From Somniosus microcephalus (Eukaryota), in contig CM126233.1 of assembly GCA_052327205.1 (NCBI GenBank), positions 32,674,001 to 32,738,000 on the forward strand: a DNA stretch of 64,000 bases, given 5' to 3'. The translations under genes were made by a program, and so were the position numbers. Below are positions 27,403 to 41,194 of this stretch, one piece after another. The notes under the pieces are model-generated. The model saw only the letters and a list, made by a program, of their open reading frames with translations. It was not told the origin of the DNA and made no database searches. Every line of letters starts with the position of its first letter. Within the stretch, counting starts at the first letter, position 1.

Positions 27403-29206
27403 TTGATATAATGTACCTGAATGTAATTTTCCTTTTTGTAAATGTCCTCAATAAGATGCTGAGGGATTGAACACTTTCCAATTTGGGTTCCCAGTGTCAG
27501 CTTCAAGCATTCCCAGGTCAGGGACAGCAGAGTTAGATGCAAAGTAAAGCGCCCACCTCTCTGCCCCAACAAGGTGCGGGAGAGCTCCAAGCTCAGAAAA
27601 TCACTTGTTACTCCACCAAGGAGACATTTTTGCCACACCAGCCATCCTCTGGCCTCTGAGTGAGATTGCCAATTTAGTGCCAATTCCTGATGAGGCTTCC
27701 AGCTCATCAACTGAGTTATAGTCTTCAAACTGTCTCAAGCATTTACTTTGAAGTGCATGAACTATCACAAAATCCAATGTGCAAGTTAAAACTTTCCTGC
27801 TCCAGTGTAACCTCCTGGGCTTTTACAATAATGCCAATTGCAAAATAAGAGAACGACCTATTCAGTGCAGCAACTTATCCACCAGATTTTACAGTACATT
27901 AAATTTACTTAGTGCCCAGATTAGACATTCTACTCTGTTTAACTCGATAGTTGTTGTGTTGTAATGACTTTTATTGCTGAATAATTATTTTGTATTGAAC
28001 AACTTTTGCACGGTGCTACAAAGAAGGTCGACTAGCTCGATTTCACACCCGTAATTGCCCAAAAAGATTATTCCAAGGTCTCCTGTGCTGTTAAAAAGAC
28101 CTGGAACAAGAGAAAAGCGAGAGAGAAAAAAAATCAAAGAACTCAAGACCATTCCTTCACCTTATACCAACTGGATCAATAGTGAAGGAGGCAGATGCCT
28201 GTGCCTCAGAGCAGGTCACCTGCCTGCCTATTCTCTCAGTCAGAATGGTGTGGAGAAACACTTGACAGGGGCAAGAAAGCAAATCGAAAGCAGAATGCAA
28301 AAACAAGCAAGACACTGTACACTGGATAAAATATAATATCCTAAGTGTGCATACCAAACAACAGTAAGGCTCAGAAAGCCAAGTTTCATTTGTCAATGCT
28401 TAAACACAAGAGTGTGGCAGTGATGTATGATTCTGAACGAGTCAACACAAAAAGGAACTGACAGGCTTTAAGTGTGGGGCATGTGTCGCCATTCACTCTG
28501 AAATTCATTTACCACTTCATGTCGAGGATCGGCTTCCGTCAGTCCACGGGGAACATAATACAAAGTCATTTTGCTACTGTAATGTCTCAAACCAAAATAA
28601 CTACAGCAGGTGACACCCTATCTACAAGGGAAGGGGGATGGTGACAGCTAATGATAAAACAACGCACTGCTCACCACTCTGATCCACAGATGTCACTTTC
28701 CAGCCTCATGACAAACTACAGGTCTGACAACTCACTTTACATTGTAGGGCATTTCTAACTTTTTCCCCTTGTTGTGACAGGCAACAAAATTAATTAAACC
28801 CCAGACCTGGGATCTGACACTCCTGTATATTGCCTTCTATTTGTTGATTACTATTGATTTTCTTTGATACTTCATTTAAAAATCAATAGCTAGAAAGAAA
28901 AATAGGCATGGTTTACACATACTTAAACATACGAATGCACGCTGGAAGGAGCTGTAGTTTTGGCCAGGCGCTGGCAGCCAATTATGAGAAAAGCTCTTAA
29001 CAGGTGAAAGCAAGGGCTCCAGATCGATTTTCAGTTTTCTTTTCCAATCACAGAAAGTGGCTATAAATTAGGCTCATCAGTGTATTTTTAAGATAACCCA
29101 TGAAGCAAATAACTTCATGCTTTTTTTTTACAAAAAAAAATCCTGAGCCGATTAGTTTTTTTTTTAAGGATAAAAGGTGTCATAGTGAGAGGATGTCTAA
29201 TATTAC

Positions 29207-29340
29207 CTGGAGTTCATGCGTGCTCGAAGTTTCTTGGCCTTCTTCCTGACTTTTTGCTTCTCCTCCACATCCTTTGACGTTTCTGGGTGCACAGTCTCGG
29301 CCACAATGTCCACAATGTATTTCTTGCAGGACAGATGTTC
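29207..29340 (-). CDS. SCAPER: SCAPER internal coding exon
   Basis: 134 nt encoding EHLSCKKYIVDIVAETVHPETSKDVEEKQKVRKKAKKLRARMNS(R), compared with recalled human EHLSLKKYIIDIVVE...KKAKKIKARMNFR. Acceptor ATCAG| and donor AG|GTAATA, phase 0/2. Confidence 0.94.
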
Positions 29341-29922
29341 CTGATTTAAAGAAATGTAAAAATGATCAATTTCTGAGACAAACTTTCCCTTTCAGTGGAA
29401 CTCAAAGTTGCATCATGTATAGCTCTGGACCAGTCAGTCATTCATGCCCTCGTCTTCTACAAAGGCCTTTAGAAGCTCCTAATGATGGCCTAATGAGTGA
29501 AGACATTGTGTAACTCAGATAGAGAAGTCCCAGGTTCAATTCCCAGTGCATGCTGAATTAGCTGGTCTTAACCAGGGAAAGTTACAATTGTTTGCAATAC
29601 CTCAGAGAGGAAATCAGTCAAGGCTCCCATTTGTAATCACTAACTAGTCAGTCCAGCTGGAAAAAGTTGGGCATGGACAAGATCAGACTCTGCTGTGATG
29701 ACCCTTGCTGTAGAGCATGTGGATGTTACTCTCCAGGCTCACATGTGAAGAATGGCCACTTGGGCAAGATATCCATGGAACTGCATCGCAGCAAGAATCG
29801 GTGTCTTTTAAACCTTTAAAATGCTGTTGGTAAAATTTCCCATCTGAAACTCCTACATGTATGATAAGCCGAATGGTATACATCAGTTTGCAGATATTCT
29901 ATGTCAATAGAATTCTATTCGG

Positions 29923-30348
29923 GTCAGCCATGGCTCAGTGGGTAGCACTCTTGCCTCTAAGTCAGAAGGTCGGGGGTTCAAGTCCCACTTCAGACACTTG
30001 GGCCCAAAAATCTAGGCTAACACTCCCAGTGCAGTGCTGAGGGAATACTGCACTGTCGGAGGTGCCGCCTTTTAGATGAGACACTAAGCCGAGGCCCCAT
30101 CTGTTCTCTCAGGTGGACGTAAAAGATCCCATGGCACTATTTTGAAGAGGAGAAGGGGAGTTCTCCCCGGTGTACTGGGGCCAATATTTATCCCTCAATC
30201 AACATCACAAAAAAGATGGTCTGGTCATTATCACATTGCTGTTTGAGAGAGCTTGCTGTGTGCAAATTGGCTGCCGTGTTTCCTACATTACAACAGTAAC
30301 TACACCTCAAAAATACTTAATTGGTTGTAAAGCGCTTTGGGACGTTCT
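29923..30348 (+). mobile_element. SacSINE1-like SINE
   Basis: Close match to 56691-57120. Confidence 0.88.
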
Positions 30349-31084
30349 GTTTGCGTAGCATGTTGTATCTGGCACTACAGTACATGGTTCAGTTTGGAAT
30401 CGTAACACAGGAGGTTAAAATCAGTTCTGTTCACGCAGGTTGCTGCTCAACCTCCAGTAATTTATAGCCGCACAGTGGGGCACCTAAAAGAAGTAAATAC
30501 ATTTACACGCGCGCACAACATTGGGAAATTATGTTCGAGACAGGAAAGAAAACTATTTCATATTCACGTACGCTCAGCTAACTCAGCAGATTACCAGAGG
30601 TTGAAGCTGAAACTATCCTGGTCTTATGATCCAGTGTCACATCACATGGTGATTTCATCAATGGACGCACTATAGAGCCTGAATGCCATGTGTATTTGAT
30701 TTTGCTTCAGGTCTCTGGAGCTATATGCTGCTTTCAGTGTGCTAAGTCGCTAGCTACTCAGCAGGTACACAGTGATTTTATGACACAGCGCTGTGTTACT
30801 TAGGCTAACTTCAGGACTCTGTGGCCTATGTTGCTGATCAGAGTTGCTTGAAAATCAACATTACCCATGTAAAACAATTAACTCTGATGTTAAAAAAAAC
30901 CCAGAAAATTTAGGCTTATTGCACTGTCACTGACTGCTCCACTACCTCTTTTGCATTCTCTTGCAGTTTTCTCATTGTACAAATCCTTAGAGACAATACC
31001 AGAGTATTACATTTTCTTTTAACTGAATTATTGTGCTTTTCTAGATGAGCGATATCAGTGCTGGTATCATGTATTAGTCAAAAA

Positions 31085-31390
31085 CAGCACAGTCAGATTG
31101 AAAGCAAAGTTCGATCTACCCAATAAGATATTTTAACCCCGGTTTAGAAAGACATTCCCTGCTGAACCAATGTCAATCCTTCGATTTAAAACATTAGCCA
31201 ATCTTATGGCCTCTTTGGGTGAGATTGCTAATTTAGCACTTTTTTGTGCCATAGACTGAATCTGCCCAAACTCATTTCACAAAGGATCCTTATAGCCCCC
31301 AGGGAGAGAGATTTTTTTTATTTCTTCATCTGAGCTAAATTCTAACTCATGTCCTAGAGATGAAAGGACAGTGATTTAATGAACACACTT
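31085..31390 (-). mobile_element. LF-SINE-like ancient SINE remnant
   Basis: Reverse complements of recalled LF-SINE motifs (CCTTTCAYCTCTAGG head, GTGAAATGAGTTTGG, GCACTAAATTRGCA). Related pieces lie at about 27510-27700 and 38625-38890. Confidence 0.55.
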
Positions 31391-31631
31391 CACCCCCACT
31401 TCCCATGTACCAGAGTATTTTAAAGAGCTTATTGCTGCTTTATTGGGGATGGCATGACACACCGAGATAATGTCAGACTGGAGTTGAGAGAAGATAGCTT
31501 ATTTCACTCAGCCTTAAAGATAGTAGGCAAGAACTAAAATTAAAAAGGTTCGCATAAAGACAAAAAGGGGCTGGATATCAAACAATGGGATATAGTTCTA
31601 ACAACATTTTAAGCAACCTGCCATATAAAAG

Positions 31632-31870
31632 TGTCAGCCTTGGCTCAGTGGTAGCACTCTCGCCTCCAAGTCAGGAGGTTGTGAGTTCCAAGTCCCACTC
31701 CAGGACTTGCGCACATAATGCCAGGCTGGAATTTCAATGCAGTACTGAGGGCGTGCTGCACTGTTGGAGGTGCCGTCTTTCGGATGAGGCCCCGTCTGCC
31801 CCTCGCAGGTGGATCCCTTGGCACCTTCTCGGTGTCCTGGCCAATACTTATCGCTCAACCAACGTTACTT
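31632..31870 (+). mobile_element. SacSINE1-like SINE 5' part
   Basis: GTCAGCCTTGGCTCAGTGGTAGCACTCTCGCC... head and partial core. Confidence 0.82.
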
Positions 31871-34003
31871 AAGCAACCGAGTTTCAATGGAGGATCCATA
31901 GTAATAGAGAGCACGAGATATAACAAAGAGCGCTAACAATATTTGTAGCAAATCAGGCAAGGGCAATATTCTCCTCTATCACTGGGATTGTTACTAAGCG
32001 TCTCCAGTACATTACATTAACAGCCAGGAGGTCATCGTACAACTAAATTTGAAACACAATGTATATAGAGCAAATTCTGCAGTCCAAATTGAACCTGGCA
32101 ATTCGATGAATATTTGCTGAATTGGCCATAATGTCAACCCATTCAACTTTCTGTATAAATTGAACATTTTTTTTTTTTTTTTAAATATGCAAACTTGTTG
32201 TTTCTGATGTACCAGCACAAGTGGCACCAGTTAAGAACTAGGCTCAGTATAAGCAGTGATTAGTTAAGGGGGGGGGGGGGGGGGAAACACGAGTTAGGAA
32301 TCCCAAATGAATCTAATCCTCCGCTGTTGAAGTTCTTTGGCGTATTGGCTCTAGGTTCTGTTTATGGGTCATTTGTGCACATCAGAACACACAGCAGCTT
32401 TTATGCAAAAGGATAAGCAAGTAAACCACTCCACTAAATTTCAGGAGTTGTTGGAGCTGTGATTAGGGACAGATCAATTGTCACTGCAGCCAGAGAACTG
32501 AAAGTATGGTGTAATATTACGCTGGGAGTAAGGAGATTCGAGGTCAATATCAAAAGGTCCATTCGAAACAATACAATGTATGCTGCTGGTAAATGCTTCT
32601 TTAAAGATCACCAGAATTACAAGTAGGTAGAAAACAGTAAATGTGGCTTTTGCAATACTAGTTACATCATTGTCCTGTAAGTAATTGTTGATTATTTCTT
32701 GATAATCACTGATTATGACACAATCATTAATCCTTGAGCAGACACCATCATGCATCAATGACTTGCTACAAACGGATTATAAGAGTTCACACTGAGAGTA
32801 GCTGTCAGTTCAAAAAAACTGAATAAAATCATCATTAATTTCAGAGTTTAAAAAAACCCACTACATACCCAAATAAAGAGAACCACAAAGGTGCCATCTA
32901 GACACAATGCGCTTACTGGACTCAACAAAGTGGAGCAATACACACCGGAGCAATTTCAAGGCTGTCCTTCGAGTCAGGAGAAGTTGGCAAGCCCCATTCG
33001 CCATTACCCCACATTCTCTCATTTTTCTTTCTTCTCTGTATCTGTCTTCAGGTGTCTCTGTCACATCGGACCAATCCCAGGCATGGGGGAAAGATGAAAT
33101 ATTAGGCTTCTCCTGCCATCACTGCTCTGCAATTTCCCCGCCCCACCATGCTCTGATAATCGCTCCCATGAAGGACCTTGGGACGTTTTGCTATGTTAAA
33201 GGTGCTATATAAATGCAAGTTGCTGTTGTTGCAATCAGCTACTAAGATGAGCATGAGAGTGGTCCACGATGACTGGCACATTGATCATCATGAGCTTCTT
33301 GACGTTTCCACTCAGCACATTGCAGGAAACTAGTCAAGACCCACAACTCAATGTATAGTGACCACTGATGTATATGCATACTCTAGAACTCTACACTAGC
33401 CATACTGGTACACAAACCTACCGAGCTACCGCTTAGCGCACCCATTTCAACTATTACAATTTAACAAAATGTTACTTAGCCAGATCAATTTCCAATGCCT
33501 ATTTTATTAATTCGTTGTATATTTTGATGGTTTAGTGCTTGCACGAGTGCCCATCGAGTTACTTGGCTAGGCTGTGCATGCCTTGGGAACAATGTGTGTT
33601 TAAGAATTGAGGCTATTTATTTGGTATTAGTCCCGAAGAATCAGTTTGGCTTGTGTAACAATGTCTAACCAGTGGTTCAAAGCTGTTTTGCTAGCTTATT
33701 TCATCTCCCCTATCATGCTGGACTGTATTCTCTCAAGGGAAGTGATTGAAGATCCCTCTATCCATGTTAAACTAGGAATTTGTCCCATTTGTTTGGTAGC
33801 ATCTCTGCTTTCTCATTGAAATTTGCATTTTGTGGACAGGCAGGGTGGGAAGAACGTTTAATTTTCAAGATTTCTGGTCAGTAGAGGTTCTTCATGAATC
33901 AGTTCTACACTCCAGTGAAGAACTAGACTGTTGGAAGTACAAACTTTTGGGTAAGACATTAAATGGAGGTTCGATCTGTCCATTTCTCACAGTTCCTTTC
34001 ACT

Positions 34004-34310
34004 CACAGAATCTACAGTGCAGATAGAGGCCATTTCGGCCCATCGAGCCTGCACCGACACATATCCCACCCTATCCCTGTAACCCCACGTATTTAATCCC
34101 CTAACACTAAGGGTCAATTTATCATAGCCAAATCAACCTAACCTGCACATCTTTGGACTGTGGGAGGAAACCGGAGCACCCGGAGGAAACCCACGCAGAC
34201 ACAGGGAGAATGTGCAAGCTCCACACAGACAGTTGCCCGAGGCCAGATTTGAATCCGGGTCCCTGGCGCTGTGAGGCAACAGTGCTAACCACTATGCCAC
34301 CGTGCCCCCC
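34004..34310 (-). mobile_element. HE1-type (V-SINE) SINE inserted into an older Deu-type SINE
   Basis: Near reverse complement of 48211-48563. The flanks (about 33945-34000 and 34311-34570) continue a SacSINE1-like copy. Confidence 0.9.
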
Positions 34311-37289
34311 TTTCAATGGCAAGGATCCTCTGGGACTATTCGAAGAGCAGAAAGTTCACCTTATATTGGCCGACATTCTTTCCTCAAACAATACCACCAA
34401 ATTTCAAATGTGGGGGCAATTCATCTCATTGGTGTTTGTAGGACAATGCTAGTGCAGAATGGCTGATATGTTTGCTTACGTAACAAGTCAATGCACTCCC
34501 AAAGTAAGTGACTGTGTGAGGCACTTTTAGACGTTACTACTTGATAAGGGACGACAGTATGTCAAGTGCTTCAATCTTTTAAAATGTACAACTTTTCAAA
34601 TTTCCATACCACTTCCTAACCATTAACAGGCCATCTATTTACCTCTGTACAATACTCTCCTGATTATAAATATTCTTCCTGGGGTATTTCCAACTCAGCT
34701 GTTTACAGAAACATCCACCATGAGTCTAACTTGTGTAAATATCATCTCTGCTCCCTAACCATCCCAAATGGTTGCCCATTTAATTGAAACCTTTTTGCAT
34801 GATGGCACTGTTCTTTCTTACAAGTTATTTTCCCCCCATGGTCTAATCTTCATAGGACCCCGCACCGACTGTGGTTGACCTACTATTGGACGCCCGTCAC
34901 TGCCACTCTAAACTGGCCACGACAACACTGACCCACTAATGTCTGATTTCCTTTTATCCCTGTGCGAATTGTTGGGACTCTGTTCGCCGTATCCCCACAG
35001 TGATGCAGCGGAGACGTGAAACTTTGCAGTGGAGGGAGGGGAGTCAGATGAGCAGAAGACAAGATCACACCAATCTCTGATGCTATTCCAACCATTAATC
35101 TTTATGCATTCCTTACGTATATAGAGAGTTGCAGACTCATGCACCTTATAGGAGTGCATGGTATCTTACCATCAGTTGTGTAAATGTTGAGATGTGAACG
35201 TAAGCCAGAATACAAACATTTGTCATTTCACTGGAAGCTATATTTGCTGGCGTTACAATTGTCGCGACTGTGCTGATTTTGCAAGAATACTCCGCAAAGT
35301 AACAAAATTGCATTGCATAAATTCACAGTGTTTAATAGTTTCTCTCGCCCTCACACAAAAGGTCACAATTTTTTACAGACTCAAAATAATTAGAACTCTG
35401 AAATTTGCCAAATAAATTGGCAGGCATTAAATGGAGAGGCAATATTTTTTGTTCAACTAGCAGGGCTTGATTGCATTTACGAGTTTTGTTTGATAGGATA
35501 CTACAAAATGTAAAATGGATTCTGAAGAAAGCCCACAGCGGAATGATTTAATGCACATTTGATGGAGAAAAGCAGTCAAAGTAAAAAAAAAAATGCACTG
35601 ATACATTATTTTATTATACGTCTGTCTTACTGCCCGTCCTCAGCACTATGAAAATAAACCTGCAGAAAAATAACATGCAACGCTGTAAGCATTGAACGCA
35701 CTGCACAACTAACTCATGTAAAAAAGCATCCAGCCATAATTCTGTGATTTATAACAACACAGAAATAACAATAAGAGGTCCTGAAACCTAATCACCACAG
35801 CTCTGGTGATAATGGGAGGGGAAGAAAATGAAATTCAACAGGTTGTATTTTTTTTTTTTAATTTCCAATTTTGTAAAATCTTTTTATCTCCAGCTTTCTC
35901 CTCTTCTAATTCATGATTGGACATAGCCACCGGCTTTCCCTTCAGTGCTTCACGCAAATGACCGAGAGTGTAGACTGTGAGTGTCACCAGCCTATTCTTC
36001 CATGGGTGTAGCACAGTCAAGCACGATCCCGTCATCATCTGATGCCCACAGAAGCAATGGATTGTGATCGTGGATGGGAGCCCCTTGCTGGTTTTCTCCT
36101 CACTAGCCCAGGGGCACTGAAACCCAACTGCAGAGCCTTGTCACTGCTCTCGAGGTTGGCTTATGTAGAAAATGGTAGGAATCAAACCCAAGATCTTCCT
36201 GTTATCTATGGCTTGGTTCCAGATCAGACGATGCATTCATTTACAAAGCCATTAGGGGAGCTCTTTTAAATTTTAATAAACATTTTTGCTTACCTATGAG
36301 AAAGGCATCAGAGTTCACTAGCACAAGTTCCACTAGGAAATTATGGGTCTTTCAAACTTGTGAAACAAATCCTGTACTCTAACATGATCTGTCTAATATC
36401 CTCAATATTGTGGATATTAAAATTCTGTATGATAATTTTTAATGCAATCATAAAATAATGTATTCATAATCCATAAACTGAATTACATTAATGTGCAAGA
36501 TCTGTATAACATATCACAACACAGCCTTGGACAGGGTAGAGATATACTAAAGCTTCAGCATTCAACTGCTCGCGTAGATCTAAAAGCAACTTTTCAATTC
36601 CTACAAAACAAGTTTTTAAAAATAAAGTCACTTGTGTGTACAATAGACACAGGGTCTGCTGGTGCCAGGTCTGGTATTGCACACACAAGTGACTTACAGT
36701 ACAATAATATCACAATACTGCTCCAGTTCAAGGCAGGTAATTTGGTCGCGACATTGGTCAATGGTAAAAATACTCGACAGAACCAGAACAGGACCATCCT
36801 AATAAAACTCCACCATGCAAGTGTTATAGAACACAGACTAGAATGTGTTTGAAGTACCACATGATACAGTCCAGATTATACTGATAAGACACGGACATTT
36901 GATTTCACTGTGAACCCTAAGATGTACCACACTGCTGGCTACTTGTGTAAGTGACTGGCAGTGAGTTACAACACAGATTCAAGCAAGTTGTTTCAATGAT
37001 ATAGAACCATGAGAGCAAAGCTTAAACAATTTATAATTGTCAACTGAAGATAGACATTTTAGTTTCCTTCCTATATCCAGATCAATGCAGTAAAGGCAGC
37101 GTGCTATAAGGGAAAGGCTTACAGCGTCATAGTACCTAAAGGGTTGAGCTATCTAAAATGTTTGGTATAGTCATTTTCCCCTTTGACAGTGGAACAATAA
37201 ACACACTGTACAGGATACACACTGGTACAGAGTGGAGCACAGAGATTACTCCTCCCGGACTAAATCCGTGGTGTGCTGCTCTGTTGAAC

Positions 37290-37975
37290 CTTGGGCTGAG
37301 AGTTAAAACCTGCATATCCTTCACTGCCATGACCATCTTTTTCCACCTCGAGCGCATTGCTGCTCCACCTCACCCCTCCTGCACTGAAATCTTTATTTAT
37401 GCTTCATGACCTTAAAGAACAACCTTTCAAATATTCTCCTTGCCAATCTCCCATCTCCAACGATCACAAACTACTACGGTAATCCAGACTTCCCTGGTCC
37501 GAAATCTCTCCCGCACAAAGTCGCGAAGACCCATCACCTCCTCTCCCATCTTCGCAAAAATTCTACTTTCTGCCTGTGCCCCAGAAATCTGATTTCAAAG
37601 CCCTCACGTTCAAACCCCTCCATGGTCATCCTCCTCCACAGCGAGGAAGTCGTTACCAACTCTGCACACCAGCCCATAGCAACTTGAATTCTGTTACTAT
37701 GTGCTTGAACACTGTTCGTTTCAAGCTCCCTCCACTGCACCATCAGAGGCCAATCTTTCATCAACTACGTCCCTGCCTCTGGAATTCTTTTCCAAAACCA
37801 CTTCACTTTGCTACCTTTCTCCTCATCTTCTCAAGCCTCGATTACTTTTTAACCATGGCTTTTGGTATTTTCTTCCCATAACCTCCCAACATCTAATCCT
37901 AGTTGGTGTCCCTCCTGCTCCTTGTCACGTGTTCTAAGCTGTTGTCTAAACGAGCAGTGCTATGTAAACACCCGT
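37290..37975 (+). mobile_element. L2 LINE 3' fragment, degraded
   Basis: Pyrimidine-rich copy resembling 40175-40410 and the reverse complement of 41195-41925 (CTEIFIYA..., LWNSFPKPL). Confidence 0.7.
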
Positions 37976-38894
37976 AAGTCCTTGGTGTCGGTCACTGATG
38001 AACTGCAATCTCTTCCTTACATGGAACAAACTCCGGTCCCTATGATGTTTATTTTTATTCATGGTCTAACGATTTATTATGGTAACTTAATTAATAATTA
38101 ATTAATCAATCAATTAAGTTTTGGTGCATGTTCTTACTTCCAAAATAGGAAAGCAATAAACAAATTCTCCAAAATATATTTTTATCCCAGGGTCTGTTCA
38201 GGCCGTGAACAAAATGTGCTTAAATTAAACAAAGTAAAATGTGTGAATTCCACCCACTAACAAGACAATTAAAAAAAAAAATCATATTTCAAAGGCCATA
38301 TTATTTTTAAGAAACAAGGAGGTAACTTAGAACTTGTAATTTGCCCGCTCCAGTGGCACAACCTGGGTGAGGTAGCGCAGGATCCCAGGTGATATGGCAG
38401 TGCCCAACTTGTATCCTGGAACTACCCAATCAGACTACTAATTATACCAGCCCAGAAATAACAGCAGACAAATGTATAACATGCTCATGACATTCCTCTG
38501 TCTAGTATTTTAACAGAGGCACTTAGTTGTTTTTTTAAAAAGTACCACTGCTGCTCTGAATCTTAGGAAACTGGAGCATTGATCTTAAGGGTAAATAGCA
38601 TTGTTTTATTCTTATACCATCTTCCCTAATGTAACCAAGGGAAATAAGCTTTCACCCTCATCTCAGAACAGCACCCCTTACTGCAACAGCATAAATGTAT
38701 ACACTTTCACAACAGCCATCCCTGTGGATTCCCTGACACCCGAGACTGGCAATTTAATAATGAATTATGGTCAGTTTTGTGCAGTGGAAGTGAAATTGGA
38801 CTGGCCAAACTCATTTCACGTAGGATATTAGTAATCAGCAGAGAGAGGAGACTCTCGACCCAACTATCGGGACTGAATTCAAACCCAGGGAAAA

Positions 38895-39025
38895 AGAAGT
38901 GTGTGGTAGATCCCCGCTCCCAGATCCCTAGAAAGAAAGAAAGAACAGGGTGCTAGATCCCTGCGCCACCAGATCCCTAGAAAGAAAAAAGTGTGGCAGA
39001 TCCCTGCTCCATCAGATCCCGAGGA
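38895..39025. repeat. Short minisatellite, about 3 units of 45-50 bp
   Basis: GTG(T)GG(T/C)AGATCCC(C/T)GC(T/G)CC..CAGATCCC(T/G)AG(A/G)AA repeated three times. Confidence 0.75.
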
Positions 39026-40174
39026 AAAAATATTCAGAAAAAGAAAAAATAAAGTCAATTGACTTTATTTTAATTGCTCCTTCTCGGATCCAATTTATTT
39101 TTGTTTACAATAACTGAAACACTGCTGAATTCACTGTATTTAGCAGCTTGCCCATTATTAAAACCAGAAGCAGTCACGCTTACAAAAATTGGTCCACGTA
39201 ACATAGATAAACCCAATTCTGATCTTCCATCCAAATACAGCGCCACAAAAGAAACAAACATATTAAATCTGCCTGCCACAGCATCAGACTGGGGAGGTGA
39301 AACACAACCACCCTGTCCACCTGCAGCTGTGGAACAGATTCAAGAAGTTATCACTGATATAATCTATTCACTCATTGACACTCCTGTCTAAAGTGATAAC
39401 TGAACAAAACAAACCTAATCCCAGTCTCTGAAACCGACACCCATCAGTAACAGACCTTCGGATATAAAATGACAAGTCAGCCAGCTGTCCCGCTGCCACT
39501 GTATGACAATTGCAAGCAGTCCGTCAAACCAGGAGGATGGGTGCGACGATGAATAAGGGCAGAAGCCAGTGTCCCTGGCGCTTGCTCCGATATGCATTTT
39601 CTGATTATAATCTGCCCTTTAATGCATGACTCATACACCACCAGAAGTTCAACAAGTGCATTCGTTTGTCATTCACCAGTTGCCGTACAGCTGGGAGCTG
39701 TCAATAATGGAGAGAAAGAAAGAGAGGGAAGAAAAAAAAACCTCCGTCTCTTCTGCACCACCAAACTAGTGCCACACGGTTGCAGGCGTTTCTCAGAGTT
39801 CTCACCTTTCAGGTTGTGGGGCTTGGACAAATATCAGAATTCATCCCTAAGAATTCATTAGGAGAACAATGAAGTAATGACACCTCATTTCAGACACGAG
39901 TGTCATATCTCAAAGGTTTAGATCAAAGTACCGGATTATCACATTAGACAGATTAAACACCATTAAGTCTAAACTTGCAGCTTTGACTTTTTACTTCCAT
40001 TAAACTCCTTCACTTAACAGCAAGTTAATAAACCAACTGGCTTTTGACATTTTAAAATGCATTTTAAATGACTTATAGAAAACAGACAAATTTAAAAAAG
40101 TGTTAATTTGCTATCATTTGCTACAGCCTAATATCACTTAACATAGGTGTAACACCAAAAGTGAAAACTTACTC

Positions 40175-40410
40175 AGTTTATCTGCTGCTGAAACCCTCAA
40201 TCATGCTCTTATTATCTCCAGATTCAACTATTCCAATGCTCTCCTGGCCGGCCTTCCATCTTCCACCCTCCATAAACTTGAGCTCATTCAAAACTCTGCT
40301 GCCCGTGTCCTAACCAACACCAAGCCCCGTTCACACTTCACCCCTGTGCTCGCTGACCTACATTGGCTCCCGGTCCACCAACGCCTCGATTTTAACGTTT
40401 TCATCCCGAT
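40175..40410 (+). mobile_element. L2 LINE ORF2 fragment
   Basis: AAETLNHALIISRFNYSNALLAGLPSSTLHKLELIQNSAARVL, a typical L2 C-terminal motif. Confidence 0.88.
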
Positions 40411-41194
40411 GTCGTCACGGAACTCGACACGAAGCTTGTGGTCCAGCCTCCACTTTTTCTGGCTTTCTTTCAGTTATCTCTTATTTCTATCCCTTCTTCC
40501 CACCTAAATGGCAAGGCTGAGATCAGGAACTCAAATTGTAGGAGACTGCATGTCCATCTATGTCATGCTAATCTATGGTGCAGAACATTGGAGCTTGCTT
40601 CACTTATAGCCCCTTTCAAAAAAAAGGTGTATTCATATTGCATGTAAATTAGTTGTGTTATAAATCTCATCATCGTGAAGAAACTACTCATGAACTAACG
40701 CTGGACGGCCAGCTGGTGGCGCCGTCCAAGGAGTATAAATGCTCGGGCGTGGGCCCAGCTTGCCCATGGACATTTTGTAAGACAGGAACTAGAAGTACAA
40801 CTAGACCTCCATGTTTTGAAACAAGTTGATTAAAGCCTTGCTTTATACTCGAACCAAGTGCGTAGTGAGTTTTATTACGCCAAGGTGAATGCATTGTGAC
40901 GAATAAGGAGCTTCAGTCAAAGTTCTAATCATAAGTAACTCTATATATGTTCTTGATATCTGTACATAAGAAACTGGCAGACACTTTGAATTTTGGCTAT
41001 TGCCACAGCCAGTATGCAGGTTGAAATACAGGATCCATTTCAGACGAGCTCCACGTCTTTCATATTTAACCGCAGAGGCTGGACATCCTTCCATGCAAAT
41101 ATATTTTGTTTGTAAAACTTGTTAAGAATAAATGTACTTCAACTGAAAACCATTTGGTACAGCAGCTTCCTTTGATCTGTGATTGGTCCAATAC

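Noticed and set aside
38895-39025. Repeated AGATCCC units as a possible CRISPR-like array
   Set aside because: Only about 3 degenerate tandem units with no unique spacers, so an ordinary minisatellite.
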